Positions 27,374-32,000 of a stretch of DNA of 32,000 nt are shown here, piece by piece. Below the pieces are notes generated by a model. The model was not told the DNA's origin. It saw nothing but the letters and a program-made list of their open reading frames with translations, and made no database searches. Position numbers and translations under genes: made by a program. The stretch covers positions 2,340,001 through 2,372,000 of the forward strand of contig NZ_CP045650.1 of the NCBI RefSeq assembly GCF_009557235.1. Direction: 5' to 3'. Each line of letters begins with the position of its first letter. The first letter of the stretch is position 1. Source of the DNA: Acinetobacter wanghuae (GTDB lineage Bacteria > Pseudomonadota > Gammaproteobacteria > Pseudomonadales > Moraxellaceae).

Positions 27374-28114
27374 TCAGCAGTTGTAAGTTTTTTCAACCAC
27401 ATAACGAATTGCGTTATCAAGTAAATGATTTCCTTCAGAAAAATATTCTCTTGGCGATTTTTTAAGTTCATGTGCAGCTTGCACATATTTTCCTGAAAAT
27501 ATTGACAGCTCTTCCTCGTCATCTAAAAACAACTTTAAACTTTCTTCATGAATTTCAGGATGAAACTGGAAGCCCAACACATTTTTGCCCAATTGATACA
27601 TTTGGTTACGACAAGCGTCATTCTCTGCCAAATGTACTGCGCCTTTTGGTAATTCAAAGGTTTCACTGTGCCATTGCATTACACGAATCTCATTTGGCAA
27701 ATCAAAACAATCTTTGGGTGTATTTGCAATTTTACGCACAGTCGCCCAACCCAACTCTTGCTCTGGATTACGACTTACGCCTGCCCCTAAAGCATTGGCA
27801 ATCAGCTGCCCACCTAGGCATAGACCAATTGCAGGCTTGCCTTGGGATAAATAACGGCGCAACCAACGCTTCTCAATTTTAAGCCAAGGGTAGTTTGCTT
27901 CATCATTTACACTCATTTTACCCCCCATAATAATAAGCAAATCAACTTCATCTACAGAAGGTAATGCTTCAATATCAAGTGGACGATCGAGCGGTAATGC
28001 AAAAAATTCGGTTGCTGTGATTTGAGCCTGATGCTGTTTCAAGTATTTGTAACAACTGCCATAACCTTCACCAGCAATATGCTGAAAATAATGAACTCTT
28101 AAATGCGACTTCAT
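27374..28114 (-). CDS. Class I glutamine amidotransferase-like protein
   Basis: 246 aa with a nucleophile-elbow Cys (AIGLCLGGQLIA) and a His-Glu pair (GFQFHPE), the GATase1 triad. Confidence 0.8.
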   Translation of the reverse strand: MKSHLRVHYFQHIAGEGYGSCYKYLKQHQAQITATEFFALPLDRPLDIEALPSVDEVDLLIIMGGKMSVNDEANYPWLKIEKRWLRRYLSQGKPAIGLCLGGQLIANALGAGVSRNPEQELGWATVRKIANTPKDCFDLPNEIRVMQWHSETFELPKGAVHLAENDACRNQMYQLGKNVLGFQFHPEIHEESLKLFLDDEEELSIFSGKYVQAAHELKKSPREYFSEGNHLLDNAIRYVVEKTYNC

Positions 28115-28275
28115 GCGCGAAAAACCTATTGTTATCTCTATATGCTTAGGTTTTGCAAAAATGAAGCCAACTTTTTATTTATATAAGGATTTTAAACAAT
28201 TCAATACGTATCTAGCAGGAATGGCTTGATTCTCTTAAAGTAGTGCAATATTTAATTACATATAAACGCATTGCT

Positions 28276-29478
28276 ATGAAAATAAAATCGCAAACTGCCC
28301 TTATTCATGCACCACGACAAGCCCCTCAATTTATTTCTACAGTACAACCTCCCCTCTATCGTGCATCGACCATTATTTTTAACAACACCGATGCCCTATT
28401 TAATCGCCATTGGACGGATGCCTATGACTATAGTTATGGCACACATGGCACACCCACTACCTTTACCCTAGGTGACAACATCGCGCAGATCGAGGGTGGG
28501 AAATATTGCCTACTTACACCAAGTGGTTTATCAGCGATTAACTTGGTGAACTCCTGCTTTTTAAGCCAAGGCGATGAAGTATGGGTCGCAGATAACATTT
28601 ATGGCCCTAACATGGAGCATCTGCGTAACTTAGAAACGCGCTATGGCATTACAGTCAAAGTCTACAACCCAATTGATGTCGACACCTTTACCCCAAGTGC
28701 AAACGCCAAACTGATTTGGCTCGAAGCAGCCGGTTCTGTCACCTTAGAATTTCCAGACTTAACAGGACTCGTTAAAAAAGCCCAAGCGCATAACATGCTG
28801 ACAGCTTTAGACAATACGTGGGGCGCAGGACTTGCCTTTAATGCCTTTGACTTTGGCAATGAACATTTAAGCATGGATATCACTGTGCATGCCCTGACCA
28901 AATACCCAAGTGGCGGTGGTGATATTTTGATGGGCTCCGTGGTGACACGTGATCAAAAGCTGCATCATAAACTGTTCCGTATGCATGCCATTCAGGGCAT
29001 TTGCGTATCAGGTGATGATGTGGCTCAAGTACAACGCAGTCTTGCATCGATGCAACTGCGTTATGAAAATCAATCTAAAAGTGCCTTACAACTGAAAGAT
29101 TGGTTAAAGCAACAAACTGAATTTGTGCAAGTGTTACACCCTGCCGATGTCGATTCTGCCGGTCATGTCTATTGGTCAGAAATTTGCAAGGAAGGTCATA
29201 GTGCTGGGTTGGTCAGCGTAATCTTTAATACGCAATACAATATGCAAGACATTCGCAACTTCTGCGATGCGCTACAGCTATTTAAACTTGGCTTTAGTTG
29301 GGGCGGTCCTGTCAGCCTTGTGATGCTGTATAACTTAAAAGATATGCGTGTACTTGAGCATTCACATTTACAAGACGGATTACTGGTTCGTTTTTGTATA
29401 GGACTAGAACATCCTGACGATTTAATACAAGATATCCAAAACGCTTTACAACACATGCATCAACAAAAAATTGAATAA
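28276..29478 (+). CDS. metC: Cystathionine beta-lyase (Cys/Met-metabolism PLP enzyme)
   Basis: About 400 aa. PLP-lysine context VHALTKYPSGGGDILMG, N-terminal TALIHAPR..., and C-terminal LVRFCIGLEHPDDLIQDIQNAL, typical of MetC. ATG at 28276 is preferred over the GTG at 28243. Confidence 0.8.
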   Translation: MKIKSQTALIHAPRQAPQFISTVQPPLYRASTIIFNNTDALFNRHWTDAYDYSYGTHGTPTTFTLGDNIAQIEGGKYCLLTPSGLSAINLVNSCFLSQGDEVWVADNIYGPNMEHLRNLETRYGITVKVYNPIDVDTFTPSANAKLIWLEAAGSVTLEFPDLTGLVKKAQAHNMLTALDNTWGAGLAFNAFDFGNEHLSMDITVHALTKYPSGGGDILMGSVVTRDQKLHHKLFRMHAIQGICVSGDDVAQVQRSLASMQLRYENQSKSALQLKDWLKQQTEFVQVLHPADVDSAGHVYWSEICKEGHSAGLVSVIFNTQYNMQDIRNFCDALQLFKLGFSWGGPVSLVMLYNLKDMRVLEHSHLQDGLLVRFCIGLEHPDDLIQDIQNALQHMHQQKIE

Positions 29479-29496
29479 AACAAAATAGGTGAAACT

Positions 29497-31080
29497 ATGG
29501 GAACACCACTCGTTATTGCTAAAAAAACCACAGATACCAAACAAGAGATCGTTTTACATTCTGAGCTTGCCAACCGCCACGGTTTAATTGCCGGCGCGAC
29601 AGGCACAGGTAAAACCGTCACATTAAAGGTCTTGGCAGAAAGTTTTTCACGTATTGGTGTTCCCGTATTTTTAGCCGATGCCAAAGGCGATGTATCAAGT
29701 CTTGCTAAGGCCGGAGAAAGCAATCCTAAATTTGAGGAACGGATCAAAAGCCTCAATATCAACTCGATTCCATTTGCAGCATTCCCTGTGGTGTTTTGGG
29801 ATCTATTTGGTGAACAAGGGCATCCGATTCGCACCACGATCTCCGAAATTGGTCCACTGCTGCTTGCACGGATGCTCAACCTGAATGACACCCAAGAAGG
29901 TGTGTTATCGGCTGTGTTCCGTATTGCCGATGATCAAGGCTTACTACTGATCGACTTTAAAGATTTAAAAGCCATGATCAGCTATGTCAGCGAGCATGCA
30001 GCAGAGTTTAAAGCCGATTATGGCAATTTATCACCGGCGAGTTTAGGTGCAATTCAACGCAATTTACTTGCGCTTGCCGATCAAGGTGGCGATCAATTCT
30101 TTGGTGAACCTGCACTCGATTTAATGGATTTTATTCAAACTGATGCCCAAGGTCACGGTCATATCAATCTATTGGCTGCTGACAAGCTGATGAACACCCC
30201 AAAACTCTATGCGACGTTTTTACTTTGGATGCTGTCGGAACTGTTTGAGCAACTACCCGAAGTCGGTGACTTAGATAAACCAAAACTGGTGTTTTTCTTC
30301 GATGAAGCACACCTGCTTTTTGACAATGCCAGCCCTACGCTACAAGAAAAAATTGAACAAGTAGTACGCCTGATTCGTTCTAAAGGTGTAGGGATTTATT
30401 TTGTCACGCAAAATCCGCTCGACCTTCCTGAAAGCGTGCTCGGTCAACTGGGTAACCGTATACAGCATGCCCTCCGCGCTTTTACACCCAAAGATCAAAA
30501 AGCAGTCAAAACCGCAGCCGATACCTTTAGACCCAATCCTGAATTTAAAGTGCAAGATGCCATTACCGAACTCGCAGTCGGGGAAGCTTTAATTAGTTGC
30601 CTCGATGAAAAAGGCACACCTCAAATGGTCGAACGTGGTTGGGTAATGCCACCCTATTCCTCCTTTAACCCTATTTCACTTGAAGAAAGACGTGCCTTCA
30701 TGGCGCAAAGCGTAGTTGCAGGTGTGTATGATCAAGTTCTTGATCGGGAAAGTGCCTTTGAAATGCTGCAACAAAAAATCGAACAGCGCCAACAACATGC
30801 AGCGCAAGCTGAACTTGCAAAACAACAAGCCAAAGCCGAAGAAGCCTATGCCAAGCAAGTGGCAAAAGAACAAGAAGCGCTTGCCAAACAACACGCACGT
30901 GAACAAGAACGTCTTGCCCGTGAGCAACAAAAGCAAACCGAACGCGCCGCCAAACAGCGTGAAAAACTAATTCAGGACACTGTCGGTACTTTTGCCAAAA
31001 GTGCAGCACGTAGCCTTGGCGGTACGACTGGACAAAAAATCGTACGCGGTCTGTTAGGTTCCTTGTTTGGAAAAAGGTAA
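29497..31080 (+). CDS. yjgR: YjgR-like HerA-type P-loop ATPase (DUF853 family)
   Basis: It appears collinear with my recollection of E. coli YjgR (not aligned by software): [21 protein letters not shown] (Walker A), [15 protein letters not shown] (Walker B), [34 protein letters not shown]-terminal [19 protein letters not shown]. The start is 18 nt after the metC stop. Confidence 0.88.
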   Translation: MGTPLVIAKKTTDTKQEIVLHSELANRHGLIAGATGTGKTVTLKVLAESFSRIGVPVFLADAKGDVSSLAKAGESNPKFEERIKSLNINSIPFAAFPVVFWDLFGEQGHPIRTTISEIGPLLLARMLNLNDTQEGVLSAVFRIADDQGLLLIDFKDLKAMISYVSEHAAEFKADYGNLSPASLGAIQRNLLALADQGGDQFFGEPALDLMDFIQTDAQGHGHINLLAADKLMNTPKLYATFLLWMLSELFEQLPEVGDLDKPKLVFFFDEAHLLFDNASPTLQEKIEQVVRLIRSKGVGIYFVTQNPLDLPESVLGQLGNRIQHALRAFTPKDQKAVKTAADTFRPNPEFKVQDAITELAVGEALISCLDEKGTPQMVERGWVMPPYSSFNPISLEERRAFMAQSVVAGVYDQVLDRESAFEMLQQKIEQRQQHAAQAELAKQQAKAEEAYAKQVAKEQEALAKQHAREQERLAREQQKQTERAAKQREKLIQDTVGTFAKSAARSLGGTTGQKIVRGLLGSLFGKR

Positions 31081-31129
31081 CTCAACTCAGACATCTTTCT
31101 GACCTTTTCCGATCATTTTCATATTTATG

Positions 31130-31160
31130 ATGGGATATTTTTATATCCCATAACTTTTTT
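31130..31160 (+). terminator. Probable rho-independent terminator after yjgR
   Basis: ATGGGATATttttATATCCCAT (9-bp AT-rich stem) followed by aacTTTTTT. Confidence 0.45.
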
Positions 31161-31188
31161 ATGGGTTTATATTGCGCTGCCAACCCTA

Positions 31189-31211
31189 AAGATGTATTTT
31201 AAATACATCTT
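31189..31211. promoter_or_regulatory. NsrR-type operator (perfect 11-1-11 palindrome) upstream of hmp-like gene
   Basis: AAGATGTATTT-T-AAATACATCTT, 23 nt before the ATG. It matches the gammaproteobacterial NsrR box pattern AAGATGyATTT-n-AAATrCATCTT known from hmp promoters, and overlaps a possible -10 (TATTTT). Confidence 0.7.
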
Positions 31212-31233
31212 ACATCAAGTCTGAGCCTCTCCC

Positions 31234-31995
31234 ATGACTCCGCAACATATTGAATTGGTCAAAGCCACTGTTCCTGTATTACGTGAAAGTGGTGTCGCAC
31301 TGACCACTTATTTTTATCAGCGCATGCTCAAGCATCATCCTGAGCTGAAAAATACCTTCAATATGGATCATCAAGAAACAGGTCGTCAGCCGCGTGCCTT
31401 GGCTGCTGCGGTATTGGCTTATGCAGAACATATTGAAAATCCAACCGTGCTTGCCAAAGCAGTCGAACGCATGACCACTAAGCATGTCAGCCTCAACATT
31501 CAAGCTGAGCAATATGCAATCGTGGGTGAACACTTACTGCATTCAATCAGTGAAGTTTTAGACGTGCCAATGGAATCCGATTTAATCGCAGCGTGGAAAG
31601 CAGCGTATATGCAATTGGCTGATTTACTCATTGGCGTGGAAAAAGCAAAATATGCTGCGTTAAACACTGAAAATGGCGGTTGGACGGGTTGGCGTGAATT
31701 TGAAATCACAGCCATTGAAAACTTAGATGCAGCTCAATTATTCACATTAAAAGCCAAAGATCACTCCGCGATTAAAACCGCTAAAGCCGGTGAGTTTATC
31801 TCAGTTCGCGTGAAACTAGCGGACCAAGATTTATATCAACCACAGCAATTTACCTTTGATACTGATCAAGCCGAGCAATATCAAATTGTCGTAAAAGCGG
31901 AAGAAAATCCAACAGCATTTTCAGTCAATAATGCGTTGCTACAGCACTATAAAGTCGGTGATCTTGTAGAAGTATCAGCACCGAGCACACTTTAA
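31234..31995 (+). CDS. hmp: Flavohemoglobin-like protein: intact globin domain plus divergent FAD-barrel region, TAA stop at codon 254
   Basis: It aligns by eye to E. coli Hmp residues 1 to about 255. The globin residues are kept: TyrB10 (YFYQRM), GlnE7 (GRQPRAL), HisF8 (TKHVS). GGWTGWREF marks the start of the FAD domain. The ORF ends ...VSAPSTL-TAA where Hmp has ...VAPAGDFF. Only 5 nt of the window remain beyond the stop. Confidence 0.7.
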   Translation: MTPQHIELVKATVPVLRESGVALTTYFYQRMLKHHPELKNTFNMDHQETGRQPRALAAAVLAYAEHIENPTVLAKAVERMTTKHVSLNIQAEQYAIVGEHLLHSISEVLDVPMESDLIAAWKAAYMQLADLLIGVEKAKYAALNTENGGWTGWREFEITAIENLDAAQLFTLKAKDHSAIKTAKAGEFISVRVKLADQDLYQPQQFTFDTDQAEQYQIVVKAEENPTAFSVNNALLQHYKVGDLVEVSAPSTL

Positions 31996-32000
31996 TTCTT

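Noticed and set aside
29460-29891. 143-aa minus-strand ORF spanning the metC end and the yjgR start
   Set aside because: It is antisense to the best-conserved (Walker A) part of yjgR. The Ser/Pro/Ile-rich translation has no motifs and there is no SD.
30676-31009. 86-aa and 103-aa minus-strand ORFs and an 84-aa plus-strand ORF in the yjgR 3' region
   Set aside because: They are caused by the repetitive GCN/CAA/AAG codons of the coiled-coil tail, which keep all frames open. They are low-complexity artefacts.
1-32000. tRNA/rRNA genes, CRISPR arrays, IS elements, integrases, phage or defence-island signatures
   Set aside because: There are no regularly spaced direct repeats and no transposase- or integrase-like ORFs. 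There are no long terminal inverted repeats and no obvious tRNA-like T-arm or acceptor motifs in the spacers. GC and codon style look uniform by eye.

Overview
The window looks like conserved chromosomal core from a roughly 40% GC gammaproteobacterium. Gene content and protein sequences suggest Acinetobacter or another Moraxellaceae, but that is inference with no search behind it. About 13.6 kb (13557-27111, minus strand) is the canonical S10-spc-alpha ribosomal protein supercluster in E. coli order: rpsJ to rpsQ, rplN to rpmJ including secY, then rpsM to rplQ including rpoA. rpmJ and rpmD fall below the ORF-track cutoff and were recovered by hand.

The left flank holds the rnr 3' end, prlC, a YheV-type zinc-ribbon gene, a membrane-anchored coiled-coil ORF and an EamA transporter. 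It continues with a minus-strand run of lipoprotein, rhomboid/rhombosortase-like protease and a very long DctM-type permease. Then come an unannotated 34-codon membrane ORF, the overlapping sdhE-ygfX pair, an acyl-CoA dehydrogenase and an EthA/AlmA-like flavin monooxygenase. The right flank holds a class I glutamine amidotransferase, metC, a YjgR/DUF853 HerA-like ATPase and an hmp-like gene behind a perfect NsrR-type palindrome.

I found no tRNA, rRNA, CRISPR array, transposase/integrase or obvious horizontally acquired island. Nothing convinces me that the window holds a clearly novel multi-gene system. The candidates most worth a second look are:
- the lipoprotein / rhombosortase-like / orphan DctM-type permease cluster, which has no solute-binding protein gene;
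- the hmp-like ORF, which stops at codon 253 with degenerate FAD motifs;
- a terminator-like hairpin between rpsJ and rplC;
- the small membrane ORF with its palindromes and oddly arranged inverted repeats.

All family assignments rest on motif and sequence recognition by eye, not on database searches.
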